Source: the human T2T-CHM13v2.0 reference genome, Homo sapiens
Length of the DNA stretch: 64,000 bases
Reading direction: 5' to 3' (one strand)
Assembly (NCBI RefSeq): GCF_009914755.1
Contig: NC_060938.1
Notes under the pieces: model-generated
What the model was told of the DNA's origin: nothing
Seen by the model: the letters and a program-made list of their open reading frames with translations, nothing else
The model's database searches: none
Shown here: one piece after another, positions 27,183 to 40,770 of the stretch
Layout: every line of letters starts with the position of its first letter
Numbering within the stretch: position 1 is the stretch's first letter
Made by a program: the position numbers and the translations under genes

Positions 27183-28167
27183 TGCGGGGGAGAAAAAATA
27201 TATATATATTTTCCTTTCACTCATCTTTGTTTCATTGGCTAGGGCCCTGCAAATTAGATTGACAAAAGACAATGTGTTAGTCTGCACCGCTATCAAGGAA
27301 ATACCTGAGGCTGGGTAACTGATAAAGGAAAGAGGTTTCTTTGGATCACAGTTCTGCAGGCTGTGCAAGCAGAGCTGTGGTTTCTGGTGAGGCCCAGAAG
27401 GATTTTACTCATGGCAGAAGGTGAAGTGGGAGCAGGTGTGTCACAGGGCAATAGAGGGAGCAAGAGAGATGTCAGGCTCTTTTTAACAACCAGCTCTCAC
27501 ATGAACTGACAGAGTGAGAGCTCAACTCATTACCTCAGGGAGGGCACAAGCCCATGCATGAAGGATTTGCCCACGTGACACAAACACCTCCCACCAGGCC
27601 CCACCCCCAACCTTAGGGATCACATTTCAACCTGAGATTTAGAAGGAACACACATCCAAACATATCAGACAGATTAGCAAGAGAAAAACAAACAGAAGTT
27701 TATTATTAATAACAAGTGCATTGCACTTACACATGAAAACACTCAGAGATAAGAAACTAGAAGTGGTGGTTAGAACTGGTGGTTATATATCACCTTAACA
27801 AAAGAAAATAAATATTTAGAGAAGTGACAACACAAAGGAAGAAAACTGAGTTTTTAGAGCAACAAATAATAGGAAGGTAAGTACATGGAAGAATGAATAG
27901 AAAATAAAGCTAGTTAGTCAAGTTTGTTCTGTAGATTCCTCTGGTGCCATCTCTGGGCTGATGAGGTTGTACAATTGTCCCCAGTGACTAACTTCTTTCT
28001 TTCTTGGTAGAGAAGCAACACATTTACAAATTTATTTCCTGATTTTAGGCAAGTAGGGGCAGGGCAGAGAGTTTTTCTTATATCTATTTATTGTAAATTG
28101 CCTTCATCTCACAATAATCCATATACCAGAGTGGCATATTTGGGGTGGCATATTCTGATCGCCTTTA
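27183..28167 (-). mobile_element. MER34-family ERV1 LTR interrupted by an MST
   Basis: Ends GTGGCATATTTGGGGTGGCATATTCTGATC (reverse complement of the MER34 start). Confidence 0.8.
27273..27667 (-). mobile_element. MSTB-like MaLR LTR nested in MER34
   Basis: TGTGTTAGTC...CATATCA termini; TSD GACAA/GACAG. Confidence 0.85.
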
Positions 28168-28959
28168 TTGATGCCAGTAGCAGTACTTATAAGGTTGCTA
28201 GAACTTAAGTATGTCTAGGGTAAGGCAGTCAGGAACACAGAATGCCACCTAAGAGAAATAATCCATTTCTAGTCCATTCTGTATCTTTACTTAGCACAGT
28301 GCTTAACATCGTAACCATTTAGTGCACTCAGAGTGAGTAATTTGAATAATAAATACGCTTAACGCCTCAATCGATATCACTGTTTACATCTTCTTTTTGG
28401 CATTGTTTGCTAAGTTTTTTTCCTTTTAAAATATTTGTGTCAATTTCTTGTTTCCTTATAAGAAAAGGGGAGGATGAAGTGTTTGCATCCAATGTGTGAT
28501 TAATAGTAAATCTTGGAGGAGATGTCATTAACCAATGTGTGGCTAGTAAATCTACTATTACCAACAGCCCTACATCCCAGGATAAGATGGAGGCTGGGAT
28601 GAAAAGAGACTAGCCTTGGGTCTGGAAGAGAAACAAAACAAAGCATGCCCTGGGAGCTCCCTAATGCAAGTGAGTGAGTGAGTCTGAGACACATCCAGGA
28701 TCCCCCAGGTACCAAACAGCACAATGCTGGGAGGAGACGTGGGCTCTGCTGCAGGCTGAAATCATGGACTCCAGCTTTATAATCCTCAGAGGAACTGCTC
28801 GGAATTTGAGAAGAGTTTTAGGACAACTAAATGGAAATATCCTTTACATCGTAGAAGTGATTTTTTTAAATAGTATTAGTTTCACAAGGAAGCACCTGAT
28901 AAGAATATAAATAGACACAAGGTTCAACCGCAATGAGTAGTTCTTATACATCTGCATTG

Positions 28960-29150
28960 TTCCTCACAACCAAAATGCTTTCACATTCTTCGTCTTACTT
29001 GGATTCTAAGACCCACAGACTATCTAGAAGATGAGTATGTTTATCTTCATTTTCATAGATGAGAAAACTTAGGCTCAGAAAGGATAAATAACTTACCCAA
29101 GGTCACCTAACTTTTAAGTGGCAGAGTCAGATGAAAATCTGAGTTATGAT
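28960..29150 (-). mobile_element. MIR
   Basis: ATTTTCATAGATGAGAAAACTTAGGCTCAGA...CCCAAGGTCAC. Confidence 0.7.
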
Positions 29151-29361
29151 CCTTAATGAATTAAGAATGTTGAATAAAGGGGGCAGGGAGGAATCCTGGT
29201 CACAGAGATGTGATGAGAAAGGGGAGATTCTCCTCCTACTTTTTACCCTTTTATGATTATTCTAGAGGAAGATGATGACCATCAAGCTTCAAGCTGGCTC
29301 AGTGCAGACCACTAGGTCCTGGGAGATGTTGAGGTGCATCACTGAAAAAAGCTCCAGATCA

Positions 29362-29585
29362 GCTGAACAATGAGAACACTTGGAGACAAGGAGGGAAACA
29401 ACACACACAGGGGCCTGTCGAGGGGGCAGGAGGAGGGAAAGCATCAGGATAAATAGCTAATGCATGCAGGGCTTAATACCTAGGTGATGGGTTGATAGGT
29501 GCAGCAAACCACCATAGCACACGTATACCTATGTACCAAACCTGCACCTCCTTCACATGTATCCCAGAACTTAAAATTTTTTTTA
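29362..29585 (+). mobile_element. Short 5'-truncated L1PA (PA10-13-like) 3' end
   Basis: GGGCTTAATACCTAGGTGATGGGTTGATAGGTGCAGCAAACCACCA...; approximate TSD AAAA(G)AGCTCCA(G/T)ATCA. Confidence 0.85.
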
Positions 29586-30099
29586 AAAAGAGCTCCATAT
29601 CAAAATAATTAGACAAAATTAGAACAATGTATTTATTAATTGTATTTAATAACCTTTAATAGAAAAAATGTGTTGTATTTCTCCAGGAGGATGTATATGT
29701 CAAAGTTTAATCAGCAAAATGCATTGTATATCTCCAGGAGGACGTGTAAGTGAGCATTTCACAAACATTTCATTTTCATGAGTGATCATAAACATCTCAC
29801 AGAAACTATGAAACCAGGGGAATGGTGAGCAAGCAAAATGACAAATCTGTGCATATACGGCCTGACAAAGGTGCAACACTAATTCAGTGGTGCTGCCTTT
29901 TCCTGGCAGAGACCAAGGCAGGCTTGCAGAAGGAGCACCCCTCTAGAAAGCCTCTTTGAAACAAGCTGCATTAGGGATGTTCTTTCTGACTCTCCAGCCC
30001 ATGGCTACCTGAGCACTCAGTTTGTATTCAGCAGTAGACCTTTGGACTTTAGCCAAATCTCAAGTTTTCCAAGATGAAGGACTATAATCCTGTCTTCTT

Positions 30100-30215
30100 T
30101 TATTTCACACATCTAACATTGATTGTGCAACTACCACCCACTCTATCAGACATTGCAAAGTGCTCGCCTGACACAGGACTTCCAAAGTGAATGAATGAAT
30201 GAATGAATGAATGGC
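30100..30215 (+). mobile_element. L2 3' end with (TGAA)n tail
   Basis: GCCTGACACAG...TGAATGAATGAATG. Confidence 0.55.
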
Positions 30216-32250
30216 ATCGTGGTTAAATATGATTCAGAATTGAGTCCCTAGTCATTTGTGACCAGACTAAAAATGCTAAGGTAATTTTTTCTTTCTTTTT
30301 ATTTAAAGAGGCAGAAAAATGGACAGTGATAAAGTCTTCCTAATAATATCTGGAAGTTTCGATCTCTGTGACTTAGTTACTGCTATATATGGTGCCCCCT
30401 TTGCTATTTAAACTAAAATAGTTTAATTTGTGATTGTATTTCTTTGTTCATGTACACTAAATGCCATAAAACTGAGGACTGTGTGTCAAAAGGGCACTGC
30501 CAGGTCCCTGAAGGAGGATCCATGCTAGTGGTGAGAAGTAATTTACAGTGTTAGTGAACACTTTTGGAATTGAATATGGATTCTCCCTCCATTGCTTCCT
30601 CTGATAGTAAGGATAACAACAGCCATTATTATTATAATAGTCAACAGTTTTGAGGACTACAAAATTCCAGGCACTATTCTAAGCAATATACTGGTTTTAA
30701 CTCAATCTTCACATCAAACTTAAGGAATTAATTTTTCACTCCTTTAAGCAGTGAAGGAAAATTGAGAGTCGACGCCATTGAGTAATTTGCCCAAGGTCAA
30801 GCAACTTGTCAGTGAAACCCATAGGTTCATATACTCAAAAAGCCAAATGCTATGGAACACATAGAATCCATTAAAGAATCAGGGGACATCAGTTCTCCCT
30901 GAGCCAACACCACCTCCTCTCAGTGTTTTCACTGGTGACATGAAGTTTAGATTAGAATGAAATCCTTCAAGATTGAAAACTCAGGTGAACAAATACAGAT
31001 GAAGGAAGCAGAGCTAAGAGTGAAGGTGTAATGGTCACCCTTCTGTTGAGAGCTTCTGATGGAAAAAAGGCAAATTTCCTCTGGGGCTTCATTTTTCATG
31101 ATTATTATGTTTTAAGGAGGTGGGGTTCTGTTTTCTAAGGCTTCTCTTTTCCTTTTTTTTTTTTTTTCCAAACAATAGCAAATAAAATGTCTATTGTAAC
31201 AGGTGGCTCTCTGTACGCCAGGTACCAAAACAGAAGCAGCAGCAGCTGTGAAGGAGGGTGTTTCAAGCCACATATTAAAATGAAACATCATTTGTTTTTA
31301 TAAAGAGATGGTTATTTTGTGATAATGGATACAATTAATAGCAACACATGCTGCAGGGTGCATACCCACCAGTACTTAGTGTAGCGTTAATTCAGATGCT
31401 TTTAAAGAAATGTAATAAATTTGAAAAAGGAACAGAGCTTCCGGACTCCTCTCAAACATTAACTGGCTCTGTTTCAACAACCAAGTCTCAGTCCTGTTTG
31501 GATGCCTCATACCACATGCAAGTTATTCAGCCTGAGCCTGATCCTTATAACAAGGATGAAGAAAAGTGCTTTGTGCTCCTAATTGAATATTGCAGGCATT
31601 TCAAACAGAGATCCAAGAATGAGCAGTAATTATTTAACTTAAGAACAGCTGTGAACTGACACCATTAATGTCCATCTACCTTCATTTACACTCGCAGCAA
31701 TATGGCTGTTTTCAGCAAAATTTAAATTAAAGAAAACTGGATTTAAATATGAAAGTAAAGATGATCGCATGAAAAATGATACCTTAGCTGGCCACAAAAG
31801 GCACATCCCAGCCAGCGTAATTGGGCTTTAAAAGTGTAACTCTATAACTCAAAGGCGGTGGGATGCAGATAACAAAATCAGTGGCCAGCAGGGATTGCAG
31901 CCTTTCTGTCAGAACCAGGGACCAGGACTTGGTTTAATGTCTGTTTGGTTTTAACACCAAAAGTAATTCTTCTCGTCTCTGTTCTTTCCTGTTTTAGTTT
32001 ATTAATTACACTTGATGCAAACTTTGCCTTCTTGCTCAAAGCTGACCCAGGGGCAATTGAATCCCAGATTGTATTTAGCTGGACAAGCTTCAGGATTAAG
32101 AATTGGCATTTAAACACCCAAGTCTGTTGAATCCTGTTCAACTCCATATGTATCTAAATTAGCAAAGCAGAAAATATTTAGTGTAGAAAGCACCAGATTA
32201 TGAGCCAGGGGATCAGGAGTCCTATCTTAGGCTTTGGGTATGTCAGTTCC

Positions 32251-32674
32251 TGTCTTAGATCCTTTGGTAGCTATTAGGTTGTTGCCATTGAAAGTAATGG
32301 CAAAACCGCAATTACTTTTTCACCAACCTAATATACCATAATACCACAGACTGGGTGATTTATAAACAACAGAAATTTATTTTTCACAGTTCTGGAGTCT
32401 GGGAAATTCAAGATCAAGGTCCCTGAAGATTCAGTGTCTGGTAAGAACCGGCTTCTTGGGTCATGGACCACCATCTTCTCATTATAACCTCATAAGGCGG
32501 AAGGGGCCAGGGTTCACTCTGGGACCTCTTTCTCAAAGTAACATCCCATTCATAAGGGCTTCTCTCTCATGACCTAACTGGTCTCCAAAGACCTCCATCT
32601 CCTAATATCATCCTATCCAGGGTTAGGATTTCAACATATGAATTTCAGGGGGCACAAACTTTCAGACCATAGCA
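32251..32674 (-). mobile_element. MLT1A-like MaLR LTR with MADE1 insertion
   Basis: TGTCTTAG...ATAGCA termini; TSD GTTCC/GCTCC. Confidence 0.8.
32274..32331. mobile_element. MADE1 (Hsmar1 MITE) with left-arm deletion
   Basis: TA-TTAGGTTG...ATGGCAAAACCGCAATTACTTTTTCACCAACCTAA-TA with TA TSD. Confidence 0.9.
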
Positions 32675-33329
32675 GCTCCATTTCTGTAAAAGAAGTTGGA
32701 TCCCAAGGTTCTAAAATTCTAAGATCTGAAAAATTCTGTCACTTGAGGTCCTGACATTAAATGCCTCACCTTGTCTTGCCCACTGTTAGTTTTAGATTAA
32801 GATTCAATGTGGATTAGTCAAATGAATGCTGAGCAAAGAGAGGAAAATTATATTCTCTGGGTTGTTGATACTGAAAGTCTGTCCTGATCAACAGTAGTGA
32901 CATCAGCGGGGGTATATTAGAAATGGAGAATCTCACCACCACCAGCAGCAGTAAATCAGAACCTGCCAGACAGACCCCTATATGAGTCCAAAGAAAATAA
33001 TATTTGAACAGCACTGCACCCATTCCAGCCTTGCCCCTGGCTAACTAGGAATTTGGCAAGTTCTATAGACCTTTAAGTTACTATTCTTATTTTTAGAGAT
33101 AAGTCCTCATCATCTTTGTTCCCAACTAGACATTGTTCTAACGAGGTAAAGAATATGAAAGCCTTGGAAAACTGCAAAGGGTTAGGCTGATGTAGAATAT
33201 TGTTGAATTTTTTCCAAAGAAAATGAACTATAATATTTGGTGAACTTATTTCTGAGATTCAGATATGAGCTCAGCAATTTTAATGTGATCCCATAACCCA
33301 AGCACTGACACTTCATGTACTTCAAAGTC

Positions 33330-34060
33330 TGAATAATCACCCAGAAGCTCACTCATCCCCAATTCTTATACCAGTCTGGAGAATTCTCCTGAGTACCAGA
33401 CTCATCCATTAGACGCCCATGAGGTTTTCCCACAGCCACAAACACTCCACTGGACCTCAACAGAACATGTCCTTATAAAGCCTTAAACCTGCTTCAGTCC
33501 CTCCTTCAGTAAACATCCCGACTTCTACCCCCTTGCTCAAGCCAAAAGCTTGGGGTCTTCCTTCATTCCTTCACCCCTTTTTTTCTGTCACCCCCATACA
33601 CCTCTAATTACATTTCCTTTTGAGTTAGCTCCAAATATTCCTAGATCCCTTCACTTATTTTTAAACATCCTTGTCCCCTCCCTAGTCTGTAAATTACTCT
33701 CTTCTTTGCAGCTGCACTAGCCTACTCCACACCCGTGAACTTCAGTCTTATCCCACAAGACAGAGTGGTCTTTTTCAAACATAGATCTGACGCTGTTATT
33801 GCTCTGCTTAAAATCCTTCAAGAGCTCCTCATTATCAATGCAAGATCCAAACTCCCTCATATGGACTACAAGGACCTTCACACCCTGGCCCAGACTTCCC
33901 ACCTCATTTTTTTTTACTCCCCAGTTCTTCCTTATACTAGAGCAAATCTGAATCACTTGCACTTCCACCAAACAAACCAGGCTCCCTCTTGTCTGCAAGT
34001 CCTCTCGTAGGCCCCTCCCATTGCTAACGTATCACCTGGCCCCCTACTGCCAGACCTGCA
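33330..34060 (+). mobile_element. L2
   Basis: CAAGCCAAAAGCTTGGGGTCTTCCTT; CTGCTTAAAATCCTTCAA; AGATCCAAACTCC. Confidence 0.7.
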
Positions 34061-34239
34061 GGGTACACCTGGAGCTTCCTCTCTTACTTTCCCCGACTCC
34101 TCCCTGCCCACCCCTTACCTAAGCTATTTCTGACAAATTTCCTTTGTGATCACAGCCCTTTCTCTTTATACTTCCAAATATCAGGAATGAGACAGAGACA
34201 GAGACAAAGACAGAGAGAAAAAGTCAAGAGTACGGGCTA

Positions 34240-34445
34240 TGGGGCTAGACTGTGAAATATTGACTCTGTCCTCCACCAGCTGTGTGAATAACTGCTTGGT
34301 GCCTCAATTTTCCCATCTGTAAATTGAAATAATGATAACAGTCCCCTCTTCAAAGAGTGATTGTGAGGATTGAGAAAAGTCAAACACATAAAATACTCAG
34401 ATTGGTGCTTGGCATATAGGAAGTACTCAATAAATATCATTCATT
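34240..34445 (+). mobile_element. MIR
   Basis: GTGCCTCAATTTTCCCATCTGTAAATTG...TTGTGAGGATT...TACTCAATAAAT. Confidence 0.75.
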
Positions 34446-35393
34446 TTTATTAGGCATTTCTTTTTTGGTTATCTTCCTCACGAAAGCCCAGGCTTTTTGA
34501 CATCTGTAATTTGAGCATTAGGAGAGGCCTCAGACCACGTGGTTGTAACATTTGCTCTGGAACTTACCAGCTACATGACAGCGGACAAGTTGCTTAACCT
34601 TTCACAGCCTCAATTTCCTCAGCTGCACAATGGTGCAGAAATAGTGCCTGCCCCATGAGTTATGAAAATACATTGTAAAGAACTTACATCCCTGGAATTT
34701 AGAAAGTAAGTGATTTATCTTTCCCTTGATGGAATGATATTAGCTATTAGTATTGCTTCTATTATTGCTGGTAAATTTTTTTTTGGTTTTATATACTCAG
34801 TGTTTTATAATGTACATAATAGGTGCCCAATAAATGTCTACTGAGTTGACATTAATTAATTAGCCAGTCCACTGGATCAAGTCTAAAACTGACTCAGCTA
34901 TAGGAAATTCAGCTTCCTCTTTTCTATTTCAATTCCAGTGGACGGCAGGCAATTGCTGAGACTAACACTGTATTTCCCTGCTTCAATCCACAGAGAGGTT
35001 GACAGCATTTGCCCCTCAAGAATCAGACTTGAAGGCAAAATAACTGATTCGTGGATGCCTGGAGATGGCTGGCTCCTGCAGGACACAGGCCAACATGTAA
35101 TCCCTAGTCACCATAATGACTCCATGCTCTGAACCACTCTTTTTAAAAAACCTTCAGTAAAATGAATTAAGTTAAAGCTGCCACAGTCAAAGCTGTTCAG
35201 TCTGACTTGAGAAAATAAACCCATGGAGGCCTTAGGAAAAAAAAAAAAGAAATCTATCTTGGAAAGTTGGAAGAATGAATTCCTTTTTACTAAAAAATGG
35301 TGCTCTTATCCCTCTGAAGCAGTAGCCAATTTCACATCTTTCTCAGTGCTGGACACCTCCAAAGGGAAAGCCTGGGAATTTGTACTAACATTG

Positions 35394-35396
<3 letters not shown>

Positions 35397-35432
<36 letters not shown>
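35397..35432. repeat. (TG)n ending in GCGCGC
   Basis: Direct reading. Confidence 0.95.
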
Positions 35433-35435
<3 letters not shown>

Positions 35436-35521
35436 ATGTACATGAGTGTGTATGTGTGGGTGTTGCAAGAACAAGGAGAGAGAAAAGTCAGTGGACATCT
35501 CTTTCCCTCCACCCCTGGTGG

Positions 35522-36296
35522 TGATATGGACAGGAGACAGGGAAATACTAAGTACAAGAGGGTGGTTCCCTGGCAAAGGCCCCGCCCTCAAGCCTGGAAA
35601 CCCATGGCCCTAAATGGGAACAGGAATTTCTGTTTTTACACCCAAAAATTGCCATTTGGCCCACCACACCCCCCTATCCTGCACCCATATAAACTCCAGA
35701 CCCCAGGCTCCAGAAGCAGATGAGGAAGAGACAAACAAAAGAGAACAGCAGAACAACATGGCAGAGGGAAGAGAAGGAGCGTCTGAACACCAAGAGGAGT
35801 TCAGCTGGGCAAGGTCCGAGAGAAGATTGGCTGTTGGAGGTCAGACTCCAGGGGAAGATCATCTTCTCACTCCATCCCCTTTTCAGCTCCTCATCCATCC
35901 CACTAAGAGCCACCTCCGCCACTGAATAAAACCCCCACATTCATCCTTCAAGTCCATGTGTGACCTGATTTTTCCTGGACGCTGGACAAGAGCTCAGAAT
36001 ACAGAAAGCTGTCATACTGGCCCTCTGCCCTTGTGAAAAGGCAGAGGGTCCACTGAACTGTCTAACACTTAAGACATCCATGGATGGCAAGGCTAAAAGA
36101 GCACATTGTAACATACACCCATTTAGGCTTTGGAAGTTGCAGACACCCACCCCTGGATATTGCCCCAGCTCCTGCACCTGCCCGTCTGCATACTCCCTGT
36201 CACATAAGGGGTTTGAGCGCACATGGCGGCCAAACAAGACAAGCCACACCTCTGTTGCACGTCCTGCTGGGGGGGTGAGGAAACTCTCCCATTTCA
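35522..36296 (+). mobile_element. MER50-family ERV1 solo LTR
   Basis: TGATATGGACAGGAGACAGGGAAATACT...GGAAACTCTCCCATTTCA; TATAAA near 35688; TSD GTGG/TTGG. Confidence 0.85.
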
Positions 36297-36924
36297 TTGG
36301 ATGTGTATTTTCTTCTTTATGCTTTTCTATATCTGGTTTTATTTCCTGCCAAATAAACACACTAATAAGCAAGAAATATTTTCAATTCCACTAGTGTACT
36401 AAGCTCTTTCTACCTTTTGGCTTTTGTGAATGACTTCTGGGAAATGCTCACCATTCCCTACTACCTCAGAACAATTTCTCCAAACCTCTTTCTCTAAATT
36501 ATCCTTCTCATCCCTCTTATATTCTTGCATGACACCATTCATTTACCTTCGTAAGTAGCTCACAGTTGACACACAGTTGTTGTGTTTAGGGCTATGATTC
36601 TTTAGGAAGTATCTGTCTTCCCCTTCAGAGCTTGAGTTCTGATAGGCCAAATGCCAGCAATCCTTCATAGCCTGTAGCTCAGGCCTGGCACAGCGTGTGA
36701 ATGAATAAACTCATCCTTGCATCTCCTGTGTGGAACCACACAGGCATGGCATGAATAACCAACCACTCATCTCCCTGCTACAGACGTTGCTGCTGTGGCC
36801 ATCAGCACACAGAAAGTACCCAGGCCTGAGTCAGAGGAGACCTTATAGGAAGCAAGATTTAAGAAGGGTTCAGGGTTTCAACACATTTTAAGGCATGAAA
36901 ATTAGGGTTTGGCTGGGGTGGCCA

Positions 36925-37230
36925 GTGTAGGGTAGATACAGCAATTGAGATCAGTAACTTACCTGTAGTCCTGCACCCTTACAATACAGTTCACAGTATC
37001 TGACTTCTACCTGCCCCCCACACTTGCCTGGGTTCACCTGAGGGTTCTCTCTGGCCACCACAACCAGCTCTACCTATATACACTACAAAATGGAAATATG
37101 GGGAAGTAATTCCCAGCCAATGGAAGTTGGTTTGTAAACAGTACACCTCCCTCAACCTTGGGTGGACTAATGCTGGGATATGTGCTCTGTACTGGCTCTC
37201 AGGTTTACTCAGTAAGGTTAAACACAGGAA
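36925..37230 (-). mobile_element. LTR16-like relic
   Basis: Weak resemblance (CAGCCAATG...CTCCCTCAACCTTGGGTGGAC...). Confidence 0.35.
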
Positions 37231-38197
37231 TGTTGCACTACACCAGTGTTAAAGAGGGGTGTGTTCATCTCCAGGAATGGTGTCAACTCCCAGGAAAATA
37301 TTAGACCCAGGCACTGCTGCCAAAGAACTCAAAGCCTAGTGGCCATGACAAACTCAGAAATAGATCATTATAAATGTGATATGGAGTAGCAAGGGCAATG
37401 CCAAAGGTGTATTCAGCAGGCTTGAAATCACAGTGGGGGTCCAGGAATAAGAGGATGCTGAGTGCCTTAGGAGCAGTACAGTGGAATTCCCCACCTCACA
37501 GTGGACACGTCACAACCTCTTTCCCAAAAGCACAAATTGCCTGGGACCCACCTCCTACAGAGAGCTCAGGGTAGGGAAAGAACAAGGTGGGTTTGTCACT
37601 CTAGGATTTTTGGTGAAGATTTGAAAAATTGCTAATTTCAAAACCTCACAAAGCTTCCTGGAGCATGAGAGGTTCTTTTCAGGAGCAGAAAATAGGCAAG
37701 TTTTATATTACACAATATAAATATCTACCTTAGGTCCTTTGCTTACTCCATGAAGACAGCTGGCAGAATGCTCCCTCAGAATCAAAGCATATGACTCTTC
37801 CTGAAATTGCACTTCTATGATAAAACATCTTTAGAGTACATAAAAGGTTTTTGTGGTTCAAAAACTCAATGATAAAGTCTAATTTGATACAGAGCAAATT
37901 AAATTTCTATTGAGGCATTTTGAGGAAAAGACAACATGTTATTGTAACTTATAGCTACACAAAGCATAAGCTCTATATAAATATAATACAAAAGGATTTT
38001 TCATGATTCAAACTACATGAAATGCTTCTAAAAGTTATCTTGACATGTTGTAATTACTTCTAGATTCTATTAAGTTTTGAGGCTCCAAATGTTGTTCTCC
38101 CTTTATAGGGTTCGTCACTGTTTAAAAGGGGGCTAAGGACATAAATAGGAATAGGGCATGGGAGCTATAGTAGCTACTAATATGGTTTGTGATAGAT

Positions 38198-39390
38198 TTT
38201 CTTTTTTTAATTTTATTTGCTTAATTGACAAATAATAATTGTACATATTCATGAAGTACATAATGGTGTTTCCATATATATGTTCAGTGATCAGGTCAGG
38301 ATATATATCCATCTTCAAAGATTTGCCATTGCTTTGTGTTGGGAATGTTCAATATCCTCCTTCTAACCATTTGAAACTATATTAATGTTAACTATAGTTA
38401 TCCTACAGTGGTATAGAACACGGGTCTCCATTCCCGGGGCCACTGACTCACACAGGGCCGCATAGCAGGAGGTGAGCAGCAGGCAAGCGAATGAAGCTTC
38501 ATCTGTATTTACAGTCACTCCCCATTGCTTGCATTACTGCCTGAGCTGCACCTCCTGTCAGATCAGCCATGGCATTTGATGTGAACTGAGCATGTGAGGG
38601 ATCTGAGTTGTGCACTCCTTATGAGAATCTCATGCCTGATGATCTGTCGCTGTCTCCCATCACCCCCAGATGGGAATGTCTAGTTGCAGGAAAACAAGCT
38701 CAGGGCTCCCACTGATTCTACATTATGGTGAGATGTATAAATATTTTATTATATATTACAATGTAATAATAACAGAAGTAAAGTGCACAATAAATGTAGA
38801 GCACTTGAATCATCCTGAAACCATTCCTCCACCCCACCCCCAGGTCCATGGAAAAATTGTCTTCCATGAATCCGGTCCCTGATGCCAAAAAGGTTGGGGA
38901 CTGCTGGTACACAGTACTAGAACTTATCCCTGCTATTGAGCTGCAATTTTGTGTACTTTAACAATTCTCTCCCTATCCTTCCTTTATCACTATCTTTTCC
39001 AAACTCTAATATTTTCTTTTCTGCTTTTTACTTCTATGTGATCAACTGTGTTTAGCTTCCCACATATGAGTGAGAATATGCAATATTTAACTTTTTGTGT
39101 CTGGCTTATTTTACTTAACATAATGTCCTCCAGTGCCAACCATGTCGCCATGAATGACAGGATTTCATTCTTTTTATGAATGAATAGTATTCCATTGTGT
39201 ATATATACCACATTTTCTTTATCCATTCATCTATTGTTGGACACCTAGATTGATTTCGTATCTTGACTATCATGAATACTGCTGCAATAAATAAGAGGTT
39301 GCAGCTCTTTTTTTGATATAATGATTTCCTTTCCTTTCCTTTGGATAAATTGCCAATCATGAGATTGCTGGATTATATGGTAGTTCTATT
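38198..39390 (-). mobile_element. L1MA 3' end interrupted by MER1A
   Basis: TTGACAAATAATAATTGTACATATT; GCTTCCACATATGAGTGAGAATATGC. Confidence 0.85.
38419..38906 (+). mobile_element. MER1A hAT-Charlie transposon
   Basis: GAAGCTTCATCTGTATTTACAG, GGAAAACAAGCTCAGGGCTCCCACTGATTCTAC, terminal AAAAAGGTTGGGGACTGCTG. Confidence 0.9.
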
Positions 39391-40239
39391 AGATTTTCAT
39401 TTTTTGTGCCATATTTGTTAATGTATACCCTTATTAGTTAAAGAGAAAAGGTCAGATGTAAATTTAAGAGGAAGGTAAAATCATTCCCAAGATTAATAAT
39501 ATCAAATATGTAAGTTACAGTATCAAATCAAGTACTTAGGTAGCACCTTAAAAACCTCTCCAGCTGTAAAGCACAATGTTAACAAGAGAAGATCTGACAA
39601 TTATTAAACCTGATATGACTTTTAATTTATTATAAGTCTTTATTATCTACACTTAAAATGTGTTAATTGGGCAAGAATGCTTGCAAAAAGCCCTTTTTAT
39701 TTAGAAGAAAAACATAAAAGTAATCTATTCTGTACTTGATTTTAGCATAAAAATTCATCATTTAGAAGATCCGTTTATAGAAGCAATCTAGGCCTTTTGT
39801 TGCTGCAACATATATAGCTTTACATCAATAAATATTTTAGCAGACATTATTTTCCAACACAAAACAACATGATTATTTTAAAATTGATTTGTTCAAAAAC
39901 GTATTGTAAACTATCATAAACTCTATGTTACTTGTTACATAGCTAAATTTATTCAAGTTCATATAATTTAATGATACATAATTTAATATCTGATAATCTG
40001 TATTTTATAAAGACTTTTAAAGATTAGTTGTATAATACAATACTTACATACTGAACAAAAATAAATACTTTTACTTAAAATTACATCACAAATCATCCAA
40101 AATTATAGGGGTAAAAGCAAGTGGGATAGGATAGGGATTCAGGGTTTTTATGTTATTTTGAAACATGTAGTGAGTCAAAAATTGTATGGAACTAAAAAGG
40201 AATAAAAGATTATTTTTTAAGTGCTAAGCTAGCCAAGCC

Positions 40240-40770
40240 ACCCTCCCTTAAAAGTCTTCACAAGCCTCATATCTCCTGCAAGTGAAGTCCAACCTCCTTG
40301 ACAAGACATGGGAGAATGGTATTCATCACCTTTCACAGTTTGCTCTACCTCTCACTCCCCAGCTCCCATACCAGCACCCCACTCACCCCTGCACACATAT
40401 TCTACATCCTATTTATATTAAACTATTCCTATTCCTTGGACTGAGAGTGCTGACATTTTTCACACCTCTGTGCTTTAGGTATATGTTTCTTATACCTGAA
40501 AACCATAATATTCCTCATCTGCTCATTGGATCTTCCATACCCCACTCAAGCTTGACCTCCTCTGTTGAACTTTTATGGATCTGTCCTTCTCAATCCCTGA
40601 TAAATTAATCCTTCTCTCCTCTAAGCAACCCCTGCTCCCTGTAAAGCACTCCATGGATGCAATTGTCTTCTATTGTGAATGTGTCCATGCCTATCTCTCT
40701 CTGAAGTCTGTGATTCATTGAGATCAAGGACTAAAGTCATTTTTCTCTTTTGACTGAATGAATGAAGGCA
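40240..40770 (+). mobile_element. L2
   Basis: AAGTCCAACCTCCTTGAC...GAGATCAAGGAC...TGAATGAATG. Confidence 0.55.

Noticed and set aside
30391-30406. CTCF-like GGTGCCCCCTTTGCTA
   Set aside because: Only half of the core matches; unsupported without ChIP data.
35223-36394. Cluster of 100-166 aa ORFs
   Set aside because: They run through a (TG)n tract and the MER50 LTR; no protein-like content.
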